This document shows, piece after piece, positions 29,768 through 38,932 of a stretch of DNA of 64,000 bases. Position 1 is the first letter of the stretch. Every line of letters starts with the position of its first letter. The notes beneath the pieces were generated by a model. That model searched no databases. It saw only the letters and a list, made by a program, of their open reading frames with translations, and was not told where the DNA came from. Both the position numbers and the translations under genes were made by a program. The stretch comes from an uncultured virus (IMG/VR IMGVR_UViG_3300042691_055981) (Duplodnaviria > Heunggongvirae > Uroviricota > Caudoviricetes). The stretch lies in IMG/VR virus record IMGVR_UViG_3300042691_055981; one strand, 5' to 3'.

Positions 29768-30073
29768 TTAATACAGAACTCCTAGTATCTCATTGTCAAT
29801 AAGTTTTAGGTCGTTTTCAATTCTTTTTATAAAAGAACTTTCGCTATCGTCACCGGAAACAAGCCAATCGATTCTTTGTGCGTAGATTTGTGCTACCTTA
29901 AGCACAGTATTCCCAATCTTGAATTGTTCAATAGTCTCTGAACTGTAATTTTTACTAATGGGAATACCCCATTCATCTAATTCCTGAGAATCGTTGTCGA
30001 TAATTAATTGCTCGATTGAATCAATTATTGCTTGAATTTGATATTGTTTATAGTCGAAGTGTCCGCCACTCAT
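29768..30073 (-). CDS. conserved phage hypothetical protein (MSGGHFDY...RIDWLVSGDD)
   Basis: ATG at the promoter element. Confidence 0.75.
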   Translation of the reverse strand: MSGGHFDYKQYQIQAIIDSIEQLIIDNDSQELDEWGIPISKNYSSETIEQFKIGNTVLKVAQIYAQRIDWLVSGDDSESSFIKRIENDLKLIDNEILGVLY

Positions 30074-30144
30074 ATCTTCATTATACCTTCAGATTGTGAA
30101 AGATGGAAAAATCGGGCGAAATTCGCCCGATCAATCTTCATGAT

Positions 30145-31400
30145 AGTAGTGGCAAGGAAACCAATGACTTTAGTCGTTGGAGGAATTGCCTTCAGAATAT
30201 TATACGATCAAAATCCGACAAATGGAAAAAATATTTTTAAAAAAGAAGGTGAAAATATATTCTATGTATAATATCAATATATAATGAAGAAAACATTGAA
30301 AATCAAAATAATAACAGATGATTTTCAACATCGTGCCCTCTTGGGCACGATGAATATGTTTAATCAAATTCAAAATGAAATTTCTTCATTGGCGTTTGAA
30401 CAGCAGGAATACAGAAAATATCATGTGCATCAGATTGTGTATAGAATAATGAAAGAAAAATATCCAAAATATTCTTCTCAGTTGATAATTAGAGCTACAG
30501 ATAATGTTACAAATTCCTATAAGACCAGTAGAAGAAAGACACCTAATGGATTCAAGAGAACATCAGCGGTTGTGTATGACGAAAGAATACTGACAATCTA
30601 TGACGACACAATCTCAATATGGACTATTGAAGGACGATTAAAGAAAATACCTATAATTGTTCACAATAAAGAACTATTCAGTCTAAGAAAAGGCCAATGT
30701 GATCTAGTATTGAATAATGGTCAGTTCTATTTAATGTGTACTATAGATGTGCCAGATGTAGAACAGTCGGAATCAAAAGATGTGATTGGCGTGGATTTAG
30801 GAATTAATAAGATCGTTACAGCTTCTGATGGAACTGTGTATTCTGGTGATCAGATTAAAAAGAAAAGACAACAATTTCATGATCATAGATCAAGACTGCA
30901 GAAATGCGGTACACGATCTGCAAATAGAAGAATTAAGAAGATAGGAAATAAGGAATCAAGATTCAGAAAAGATGTGAATCATTGTATTTCAAAGCAATTA
31001 GTAGAGAAAGCCAAAGGCAATCTGTCAGCTTTAGCTCTGGAAGAGCTAAAGGGTATTAATAACAGAGTATCGGTCAGGAAATCTCAACGAAATGAAAGAT
31101 TAAGTTGGTCATTTTATCAGCTTAGATCATTTATAGAATATAAAGCTAAAGAAGCTGGTGTTCAGGTATTGATAGTACCTGCTCCATATACTTCTCAGAC
31201 TTGTTCAGATTGTGGACATTGTGAGAAAGGAAACAGAAAAAGTCAATCTTACTTTAGCTGTTTGAGGTGTGAATTTAGCATGAATGCTGATCTGAATGCT
31301 TCTAAGAATATTCGTAATTTAGGGTTGCAGTCAATCAACCTATTGTTCTCAGATTATTCTGATTGTAACAAGCCAAAGACTTTAGTCGTTGGTAGTTGAC
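30145..31400 (+). mobile_element. IS200/IS605-family element, tnpB only (IS1341-type), copy 1
   Basis: Ends shared with copy 2; subterminal hairpins CCAAnGACTTTAGTCGTTGG at both ends; right end GTAGTTGAC; removal restores the RNA ligase C-terminus. Confidence 0.88.
30284..31399 (+). CDS. tnpB: RNA-guided endonuclease TnpB
   Basis: RuvC GVDLG / LEEL / NADLNA and zinc finger CSDC...CLRC. Confidence 0.95.
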   Translation: MKKTLKIKIITDDFQHRALLGTMNMFNQIQNEISSLAFEQQEYRKYHVHQIVYRIMKEKYPKYSSQLIIRATDNVTNSYKTSRRKTPNGFKRTSAVVYDERILTIYDDTISIWTIEGRLKKIPIIVHNKELFSLRKGQCDLVLNNGQFYLMCTIDVPDVEQSESKDVIGVDLGINKIVTASDGTVYSGDQIKKKRQQFHDHRSRLQKCGTRSANRRIKKIGNKESRFRKDVNHCISKQLVEKAKGNLSALALEELKGINNRVSVRKSQRNERLSWSFYQLRSFIEYKAKEAGVQVLIVPAPYTSQTCSDCGHCEKGNRKSQSYFSCLRCEFSMNADLNASKNIRNLGLQSINLLFSDYSDCNKPKTLVVGS

Positions 31401-32475
31401 CCTTATTCGAAAATGGCTGAACGAATTTGCTCGGTTTAACCATGTCCCAAATGATTTCCGTATAAGACTTTCCGTCCAACATATTGAACACAATATGAGA
31501 AACATCTTTATGATTTGAAATCAATTCTAAAGCCTGTTCTCTTCTGGATTCAATATTCTTAATAAAACCGAAAACTAGATTAGCCTTGGCCAATACCACT
31601 TCGTATTCATTTTCCAGATTGTGTTTGGTTTGTTTAAGCCAATTGCAAAATTCATCGGGGCAAACCTCAATGATTTCATCAAACGATCTGTTGTCCCGAA
31701 GATATTCCCAGACATCTCTGTTTGAGATTTTTGTTACGATAGAATGCAACCTGCAATACTCCGAAAATTTGATTTTACACCGCCAATCTGGTTTAAATTC
31801 GTTGCCGATTGCTCGAATAACAAATCCTTCCTCATTTGCGGTATTCAGTGAATTAAGAGTTTGATAAACTTTTGAGCCAAAAATACTACAATCTGAATCA
31901 AGCTTTCCGCCCTCTACCTCGTACACTTTTACGCATTTGAATCTTTCATCTCTTGGAAGATCGTGTCCGTTAGTTGTATCAAGCAGAGCTAGATGAACCA
32001 AATCATTCTTCTCATAGCTGACAACAATTCTATTGTCTGGGCCAATTAGCTCGAAAAGATAAGTGAGGCCATTTTCAATAATACCTTCGTCATAAAGCTC
32101 ACGAAATAACTCACCACCTGCAATCGCTTGATCAGAATAAAAGCTCCCTCTGGTTGCATAAACCACTTCTTCACCATATTTGAATACGATGAGCAAAGAT
32201 CCATCCATCTTAAGGGTTACTTCGATATCCTGACCGAAAGGAAATTCCGATAATTCATGCTCTTCGTAATTGTGGAATTTAGAAAACGGTCTTGCCCAGA
32301 TCTTACCTTCATCATCTAGAACCAATCCTCTACACGATCTGAGGATTGGAAAGTCTCCGAAAGCCTTTTCATATTGTGTTTTAGGTGTGTAGTTCCAGAT
32401 TGTCAAAGGCAATTCTTTGTGTTTAACGGAACGAACGTATCCTTCCGATTCTAATTTTTTAAGTTCTTCAATCAT
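31354..32475 (-). CDS. RNA ligase, T4 Rnl1-like; last residues replaced by the IS end
   Basis: CRGLVLD, RPFSKFHN, KMDGSL, TRGSF, FELI, EGFV, KIKF. Confidence 0.88.
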   Translation of the reverse strand: MIEELKKLESEGYVRSVKHKELPLTIWNYTPKTQYEKAFGDFPILRSCRGLVLDDEGKIWARPFSKFHNYEEHELSEFPFGQDIEVTLKMDGSLLIVFKYGEEVVYATRGSFYSDQAIAGGELFRELYDEGIIENGLTYLFELIGPDNRIVVSYEKNDLVHLALLDTTNGHDLPRDERFKCVKVYEVEGGKLDSDCSIFGSKVYQTLNSLNTANEEGFVIRAIGNEFKPDWRCKIKFSEYCRLHSIVTKISNRDVWEYLRDNRSFDEIIEVCPDEFCNWLKQTKHNLENEYEVVLAKANLVFGFIKNIESRREQALELISNHKDVSHIVFNMLDGKSYTEIIWDMVKPSKFVQPFSNKGQLPTTKVFGLLQSE

Positions 32476-32482
32476 GTATTCA

Positions 32483-32968
32483 TTATACCTTCAGATTGTG
32501 AGAAGTGGAAAAATCAGGCGAATCTGGAAGATTGAATTCCTGTCGAAATTCATCAGACACAATCTGATAGAATGAGATCTTCGGCCAACTAACACGATCT
32601 TGAAATTCCCTAATAAAATCTTCAGACAGAATCTGGCGAGATGAAACACAATCCCAATTTAAGCTATCTTTCATTTCTCTCATAAAGTCTTCAGATAGTG
32701 TTTGGCACCAAGAGATTTCTGCCCAATCAACACGATCTTGAAACTCTCTAATAAAGTCTTCAGATAGTTTTTGGTTTGAAGACAAAGCATGCCAGCTAAA
32801 GCAATTTTGAAATTCTCTGATAAAATCCTCAGAAAGAGCTTGGAATCGGGCGATTCTATGCCAATTTAATTTCTCTTGATATTTTCTGATAAAATCTTCA
32901 GATAAAATTTCAACCCTAGAGATCGCGTCCCAATCAATATGCTTTTCAATGATTTGTTTTTCGTCCAT
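32483..32968 (-). CDS. 23-aa Trp-repeat protein, ~6 units
   Basis: Tandem repeats; own promoter element. Confidence 0.9.
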   Translation of the reverse strand: MDEKQIIEKHIDWDAISRVEILSEDFIRKYQEKLNWHRIARFQALSEDFIREFQNCFSWHALSSNQKLSEDFIREFQDRVDWAEISWCQTLSEDFMREMKDSLNWDCVSSRQILSEDFIREFQDRVSWPKISFYQIVSDEFRQEFNLPDSPDFSTSHNLKV

Positions 32969-33300
32969 GTTTACATTATACCTTCAGATTGTGAGAGATT
33001 GAAAAACAATCAAATAGGTTCCGGCGGCTCGAAATATTCTGTAGACCGCACATGGTTCCAATAAGCGATACCTTCAGGGGTTATTGACCAGCCACCATTA
33101 ATTAGACCACTTGAAGTAACCCATACAACACAATATGAATCGCCTGAATTGGGAAAAAGCTCGTAGGAAACATGTTTCACGATAAATTCATTATCTGAGC
33201 CAAAAATAGTTAAGGATGAATTAATCTGCGGGACTTGTCCATTAACAATCTGACACAATTCTTCTTTAGTTGTTTGGTCTTTCACGACATACTGCATACT

Positions 33301-34149
33301 CTATCTACGTCGGTTGCCGAAGATAGATTGCAATATTTGATTGATATTTTCTGAATTAGCATTTTTAAGCTTCAAAATGATTGTATTATCCACCAAATCT
33401 GATTTTTGATCCAGAGCAGACACAATCTTTTTAACATTCTCCACATGATCTTCTCTACAAGAAACAATTAATGAATTTGTTCGGGAATCAACACTAACAT
33501 TAAATTGCCCCGTTTTATCCAATTGCGTAAGAACATTTCGAATAATTCCGGCCAGCTCCATTCCTGAGGCATATTTTAAACTTAAGACATTTGTTTTCAG
33601 CGGCAAGTTTCTATCAATGTCTAGTTGCACCAAGATTAATCTTGCTTGTTCTTGATAATCATTAGTAGTGTTTATTAACAAGACGTTTGAATAAATATCA
33701 GCAGAAGCTTTGAAATAATTTGTATTATTCGTGAAGAGAGAGTTTAGAATATTTGCAACATTCATTGCATTTGCATATTTCAGATTGTGTGTTCTGAGAA
33801 TTGTTGGCTCGGGGAATTTGAATTGTGAAAGATCGATTTTCTTTTTATCAGATTGTGTCAGAATGACAAAACCATCTGAAATAGCTGAATCAATCTTGGA
33901 TAACTTCAGGGTTTTGAACAAGAGATCGAAGGCTTCAGCATGTGTGAATTTACTATTGCTAAAGATTGAGATATTTGTTTTAATTTTAGGATCTTTAATG
34001 ATCGTGACATTTGTTTCCTTGATGTAATAGTTAATCACCGTATCAATGTTTGTGTTTTTGAAATTTACAGACATTGTTTTAGTTTTGCTGAAATCCTGCG
34101 ATAAAGCAAAAGATGCAATTGCCAGCATAATCAAGGGTGAATATCTCAT
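33301..34149 (-). CDS. secretin N-terminal-domain protein (GspD-like N0-N1-N2) lacking the secretin barrel
   Basis: Signal peptide, VNFKNTNI...IIKDPKI (N0), repeated LKYA.A...D.RTNSLIV...LD (N1/N2). Confidence 0.8.
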   Translation of the reverse strand: MRYSPLIMLAIASFALSQDFSKTKTMSVNFKNTNIDTVINYYIKETNVTIIKDPKIKTNISIFSNSKFTHAEAFDLLFKTLKLSKIDSAISDGFVILTQSDKKKIDLSQFKFPEPTILRTHNLKYANAMNVANILNSLFTNNTNYFKASADIYSNVLLINTTNDYQEQARLILVQLDIDRNLPLKTNVLSLKYASGMELAGIIRNVLTQLDKTGQFNVSVDSRTNSLIVSCREDHVENVKKIVSALDQKSDLVDNTIILKLKNANSENINQILQSIFGNRRR

Positions 34150-34276
34150 ACTTTAATTATACGGTATTACCGCAGTGGTATAAATCCAAAAGACCCAATC
34201 TGAGATATTGTTGAATGTTTATTCAGATTGGGTGTGGTATAAATTGATTAAGCATGAAATGCTTAAGGGAAAAAAA

Positions 34277-34669
34277 ATGAAAAAGTTAATGATTCTACTC
34301 TCGATTTTTGCAATTGCAGGATGTTCTTTCGCTCAAGATGCGGGGCCAAGAAACCAAAATGGTAAACCGCCAGTTCAAGAGGGCAAGAGAAGACCAAATC
34401 CTTTGGGTATGGACGCTAAAGTGCTAGAAGATCTGAAGCTAAACCCGGAGCAAAAGAAAAAGATCGGGGATTTAAAGAAGGGGGTGGCTGATAAACTGAA
34501 AGTGATGAGAGACAAACCCGAGCAAGACCGTGAAAAGATGCGAGAGACGATGAAAGCTATGCTTGATAAATATCAAACAGAACTCAAGAAGATTCTAACA
34601 AAAGAACAAGCCGAGAAATACGACAAAGCAATGAAAGAATTACGAAATAAGAAGATTGGGCGAGTTTAA
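34277..34669 (+). CDS. exported Spy/CpxP-like (LTxxQ) helical protein
   Basis: Signal peptide, LKLNPEQKKKI and ILTKEQ motifs. Confidence 0.7.
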   Translation: MKKLMILLSIFAIAGCSFAQDAGPRNQNGKPPVQEGKRRPNPLGMDAKVLEDLKLNPEQKKKIGDLKKGVADKLKVMRDKPEQDREKMRETMKAMLDKYQTELKKILTKEQAEKYDKAMKELRNKKIGRV

Positions 34670-35133
34670 TTCGCCCTGAAATTATCCAAAAAATTGAATA
34701 GATAAGAATTATCTAAACTCGCCGGGGATACTTTACAATCCCCAAAGTCAAAAGAAATATAATCTGCCCGATCCTCATTTTCATCTTCACAAATGTCATC
34801 GTCAACATATTTCTCCCAAGGAATATGCTCCCATGTATAATAGCTCGTTCCTTCAATAGGAATTCCCTTACACGGTCTTCCGCAGTTGGAGCAGATTGTC
34901 GCAAGGCTGATCTTTAAATCAATCCAGCTTGGTACTTCACCAATTTCCTTTATCGGCCTTGCTGTGCCAAAGGTTTCCCCGTAATATTGCTCTGAATCCA
35001 AATATCTAGAATCAAATTTTTGACGAATTCCGATGAATGAATCATTGCCGTCAAAAACGCCAAGATCCAAATTTCTAGAATTAAGGGAATATATCTTCCC
35101 CCTAACACAATCTGATAATTTTAAGAAATCCAT
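34666..35133 (-). CDS. hypothetical protein, leaderless start
   Basis: ATG at the promoter element. Confidence 0.75.
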   Translation of the reverse strand: MDFLKLSDCVRGKIYSLNSRNLDLGVFDGNDSFIGIRQKFDSRYLDSEQYYGETFGTARPIKEIGEVPSWIDLKISLATICSNCGRPCKGIPIEGTSYYTWEHIPWEKYVDDDICEDENEDRADYISFDFGDCKVSPASLDNSYLFNFLDNFRAN

Positions 35134-35173
35134 ATGTTGATTATACCTTCAGATTGTGAAATCTGGAAAAAGA

Positions 35174-35545
35174 TCAATCCCAAAGATGAATATAATGTTT
35201 AGCAAACAATGCTAAACCTTCTTCAACTTGTTGGTCTTGTTCTCTCGTAGGAAAATCCAAAAGATTGTTCTCGAAAGCCAAGATCATTTGATCTAAAACT
35301 CCTCTCCACTCTTCCTTAGTCATACAAGAGGGGTGGGATTGCTGATATGCCTTAAACCTTTTCAGTCTAGGGAGAACAAACTCTGAGATTGTGTTGTCTA
35401 AATTCCAAAGCTCGCTATCATCCCAGCCTCTTGTCAATCTTTGACCATAATACCTAAACTCCCTTTTATACAAACGCAGATTGTATCTTCCTGATGTGCC
35501 AGAGTGAAACATTAAATTGATTATTTCTTTGATTAATTTTTTCAT
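35174..35545 (-). CDS. conserved phage hypothetical protein (WNLD.TI...LPRL..FK...EEW...LDQMI.AF)
   Basis: Motif pattern common in large myophages. Confidence 0.7.
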   Translation of the reverse strand: MKKLIKEIINLMFHSGTSGRYNLRLYKREFRYYGQRLTRGWDDSELWNLDNTISEFVLPRLKRFKAYQQSHPSCMTKEEWRGVLDQMILAFENNLLDFPTREQDQQVEEGLALFAKHYIHLWD

Positions 35546-35546
35546 A

Positions 35547-36392
35547 CTAGAAATCACCTTCTGCCACTTGGAAGCATTTTAGCCCGATTTCACGCCAGGT
35601 TTTTACTACGGAATTTCTATCGTCGAGAACAAATTTAATGTTCCAATGCCCTCTAATGTAATTGTCAAAGATTTCTCTTTTAACAACATAATCCTTTCGG
35701 GAATCTCCCTGAGCCCTCATGTAAATATAATCGAAGGGGATATTATGCGAATTAAGCCAATCTTCAGTGATTTGTCTACAAACAGCATCTCTACCAGAAA
35801 CAATGATAATATCATATCCAGCCGCTTTATGCAGTCTAACCACATCAGCAACAGTATCATCCACGGAATCCTCTCCCACTCTGCTCCAATCGAATGGAGA
35901 TCGCCCACTCATGTGAGCTAGAGTTCCGTCTTGATCCACAATGATTGCTTTTTGCAGGGACTCATCTTGAACTAATAGCTCAGGGGCTTTTCTTAGCCAT
36001 TTATTGTATTGATCTCTAATTGCTTTTTCGCCCACTGGGTTGATTCGATTTTTATCTCTCGAAATACAATCTTCAATTGAAACTTGCAAGAAATGATCCA
36101 CAATCTCCACACAATCTGACAAAGTTCTTGCTCTCTCTTCGTGGATTGGGTTTAGGTTTGTGTCAGACCAAATCACATCATGCCCCATAGAAAGGGCCAA
36201 TTTAGTAAGTGCTGTTTGAGATTCAATAACAAACGCCTCTCTATATTTAGATCCCTTACCTGCATGTAGCATTGATCGAAGATCATCTTTGTTAATGTTG
36301 ATGATTTTGCCTTCTCCTGTGCTCACTTTTTCGTTTGCCCAGGTTGTCTTTCCAGAGGCTGGCAAGCCCTTCGTTACATAAATCTTATTCAT
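35547..36392 (-). CDS. pseT: polynucleotide 5'-kinase/3'-phosphatase (T4 PseT-like)
   Basis: P-loop GLPASGKTT, HAD DQDGT, SGR, DDR, GLKCFQVAEGDF. Confidence 0.92.
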   Translation of the reverse strand: MNKIYVTKGLPASGKTTWANEKVSTGEGKIININKDDLRSMLHAGKGSKYREAFVIESQTALTKLALSMGHDVIWSDTNLNPIHEERARTLSDCVEIVDHFLQVSIEDCISRDKNRINPVGEKAIRDQYNKWLRKAPELLVQDESLQKAIIVDQDGTLAHMSGRSPFDWSRVGEDSVDDTVADVVRLHKAAGYDIIIVSGRDAVCRQITEDWLNSHNIPFDYIYMRAQGDSRKDYVVKREIFDNYIRGHWNIKFVLDDRNSVVKTWREIGLKCFQVAEGDF

Positions 36393-36440
36393 ATCTTCAT
36401 TATACCTTCAGATTGTGAGAGATGGAAAAATCGGGCGAAA

Positions 36441-36854
36441 TCAAAGATCATTTTCGGCCTCAGATTTCTTTTTCCAAACTTTTAGCTTACCCGACTGATT
36501 TTTATATGACCAGCTAACAGAAGAAGATAAAACACCGTTTTTGCTAATGCCTCGGCAGCTACCCACTCTTTTAATAACTCTTACTTGGCCCTGGGTGTAA
36601 AAGTCGTCCCAAGTTCCTTTGTAAACTTTTTTTAGTGGTTCTACTTCATACACTTCCCAATTTTCGGCCAAAGCTTTTTCTAAGATAGTATAATGCGGGA
36701 CGGGTGTCCAGGTCATGAATATTGCATCACCATACCAGGTGGAGGCATTATAGTTCCTGTCCTGAATAGTATGAAGTAGAAAGTCACCAGGGCTAAATAT
36801 TACAGGACTGGCGTGATAATATTTCTTTTTTTTAATCTTTTTCTTTTTACTCAT
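36441..36854 (-). CDS. putative ADP-ribosyltransferase (Arr-like)
   Basis: YYHAS...FSPGDFL, IFMT, VYEVEP, VRVI..V resemble Arr-family motifs. Confidence 0.5.
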   Translation of the reverse strand: MSKKKKIKKKKYYHASPVIFSPGDFLLHTIQDRNYNASTWYGDAIFMTWTPVPHYTILEKALAENWEVYEVEPLKKVYKGTWDDFYTQGQVRVIKRVGSCRGISKNGVLSSSVSWSYKNQSGKLKVWKKKSEAENDL

Positions 36855-37058
36855 TTATAAAAATTACGCCCATGCGTCATATACGCCGAATTCATCTTCA
36901 AAGTCAAACTCTTGAACAAAATCAAAATCTTCGATATCTTCTGAGGTAACATTTTCAGATTGCATATACCTATTGATAGCCTCTTCTCTTGGTACATTAA
37001 GATAAGCTGTTTTTACACCCATCCACCCAATCACAATAAGTTTGTTTTTCATATTCCT

Positions 37059-37496
37059 TTAGTCGCAAATTTCATATTGATATTGAGGCAATTCTTCCAT
37101 GAGCCCCGCGACAATTTCAGGGATGTCATCTCCGAATTGATCAGCAGTAGGATCGATGATATAATACTTTTCAGAAGTCTTATCCAAAACTTCTAGCCAA
37201 GCATGATCATGACCGTTATAAGTCCCAAACTGAACAGATGTCATACGAATATGGTGTGGTTCTAAATATCTCAACAATTCATCCGCAGCCAAAAGGCAAG
37301 ATCCAGTATTACTCCCCTTTTGACACCAGTCATTTTCATCTTTGAACTTCCCTGCTAGTTCCGCCGCTCGGGCAACAGCATCTACGGGATGTAGCTCGTA
37401 AATTATAGCTCTTCTAGCAGCACAAGCTTCGGCTGAAAAATCATTTGAAGCATAAGGGAAATCGGTAGTAGTTAAAAATTCGAGAAACGTGTCCAT
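37059..37496 (-). CDS. transglutaminase/papain-like Cys-His-Asp protein
   Basis: GSCLLAA, HAWLEV, IIDPTADQF; leaderless start. Confidence 0.65.
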   Translation of the reverse strand: MDTFLEFLTTTDFPYASNDFSAEACAARRAIIYELHPVDAVARAAELAGKFKDENDWCQKGSNTGSCLLAADELLRYLEPHHIRMTSVQFGTYNGHDHAWLEVLDKTSEKYYIIDPTADQFGDDIPEIVAGLMEELPQYQYEICD

Positions 37497-37532
37497 ATAT
37501 TCATTATACCTTCAGATTGTGAGAGATGGAAA

Positions 37533-38243
37533 TTAATTCCATTTAGATATGAATTTGGATTGCAGACCGTGTGTCATTTCGTAGATTTTTTCGGGCGAAA
37601 TATGAGCATAAGATTTTTGCCCCAGATGATATACTTTGCTTGCGGTTACTGTGGCATGCTTATAGCCCATCGTCTGAAGTTGCATACTCATGTGATTATC
37701 TACAAACCAGAATGTGAGATCTTCTGGTTGTGGTATAAGTTTCTCAAGAACAGATCGTTTCATCAACCAGCCCCATCCAGAGAAGATCGTCAATACTTCA
37801 TATCCGACGATTACAGCATGATCTGGATAGCTAAGGATTTTCTGTTGTGCCAGAGGGCTTGGGCCAACTTGCGGGATTGGGCACCAAGGTGAAGCAGAAT
37901 CAAGATTAAATGCATTCATAAAAAAGTGAATATAGCTGAACCATTTATCTGTGAAAATCACATCATTATTAAACACTCCCACATAATCTGATTTAATATG
38001 TTCAAATGCCAGATTGAGTGCTCTGTTATAGCTAAATTCGCCTGTGTATGGAACTGTGACATCTACATTATATTGGTAAGATTGTTTTCCAGATTCAACA
38101 AGAATTACTCGAAAATTATTATCATCCTCGGAAGCGTACAGACTGTTAATGGCTGTTTCTGTCATCTTAAACACATCATCATTGACAGTTTTTGTCAAAA
38201 AAATGATATCACAAGTTTGGTTTTTAGGGAAATCAACAAACAT
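37533..38243 (-). CDS. glycosyltransferase family 2
   Basis: VILVES, FSYNRALN, FNNDVIF, WFVDN. Confidence 0.8.
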   Translation of the reverse strand: MFVDFPKNQTCDIIFLTKTVNDDVFKMTETAINSLYASEDDNNFRVILVESGKQSYQYNVDVTVPYTGEFSYNRALNLAFEHIKSDYVGVFNNDVIFTDKWFSYIHFFMNAFNLDSASPWCPIPQVGPSPLAQQKILSYPDHAVIVGYEVLTIFSGWGWLMKRSVLEKLIPQPEDLTFWFVDNHMSMQLQTMGYKHATVTASKVYHLGQKSYAHISPEKIYEMTHGLQSKFISKWN

Positions 38244-38258
38244 AATCTATTTATACTG

Positions 38259-38282
38259 AAAAAGCCGCCCAAGGGCGGCTTT
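38259..38282 (-). terminator. intrinsic terminator
   Basis: AAAGCCGCCC-TT-GGGCGGCTTTTT after the 3D-domain gene. Confidence 0.75.
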
Positions 38283-38305
38283 CTTTAGTCGTTGGCACAA
38301 AGCAA

Positions 38306-38890
38306 TTATTTTTTCTTGCTTTTGAAAGGAGATTTATAACCAATGATGGTAATTTCAACCTTCCTTCGCCCAAATCTATTACACCAGCTTCGTGAAGCAT
38401 GACACAAGTCAATTCGCTTTCCTCGGATTGCACCACCTGTGTCCGTAGCCCATCCCTCACCGTAGCCTGGAACATAAAAAATAGTCCCCAGAGGAATAAC
38501 TTTGGGATCTACCGCAACCATTCCTTTCTTAAGCGAGTGTCCCGTGGCAGTAATAGTGTAGCCGCCATTTTGGGCTGGAGACGTATCGTACGCTGTGGCT
38601 ACTACTGTGATCTTTCTGCCCTTGGGTGCTTCCTTGGGCTTCGTGGCCGGTTTAGTGGCTACCTTAGGCTTGATAAAATCAAGGATTGATACCTGATTGA
38701 TTTTATCGCTTTTTGGCTTGTATGGGTCTGAGTTAATCGTTGGAACGAAAAAACTCAATGCTGTCTTGTTTGTTTTACTCGCATCGGGTTTCGAAACCAC
38801 GTTGCTTTGAGCTTTTGGACTAGGCTTGGTGCTAAGTCCTACCGATTTTTGGCTACATAAAAGTACGCTCGCCATTATTGCAGTAAGCAT
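38306..38890 (-). CDS. exported 3D-domain (lytic transglycosylase-like) protein
   Basis: VATAY, TATG, VAVDPKVIPLG, ATDTGGAIRGKRIDL, FGRR. Confidence 0.9.
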   Translation of the reverse strand: MLTAIMASVLLCSQKSVGLSTKPSPKAQSNVVSKPDASKTNKTALSFFVPTINSDPYKPKSDKINQVSILDFIKPKVATKPATKPKEAPKGRKITVVATAYDTSPAQNGGYTITATGHSLKKGMVAVDPKVIPLGTIFYVPGYGEGWATDTGGAIRGKRIDLCHASRSWCNRFGRRKVEITIIGYKSPFKSKKK

Positions 38891-38932
38891 TCTTAACTAT
38901 ACGGATGGAAGAGAGGAAAAGTTGCAATAATT

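Noticed and set aside
6370..32968. Diversity-generating retroelement driving Trp-repeat variation
   Set aside because: No reverse transcriptase or template/variable repeat pair seen in the window, and variation is not obviously adenine-restricted
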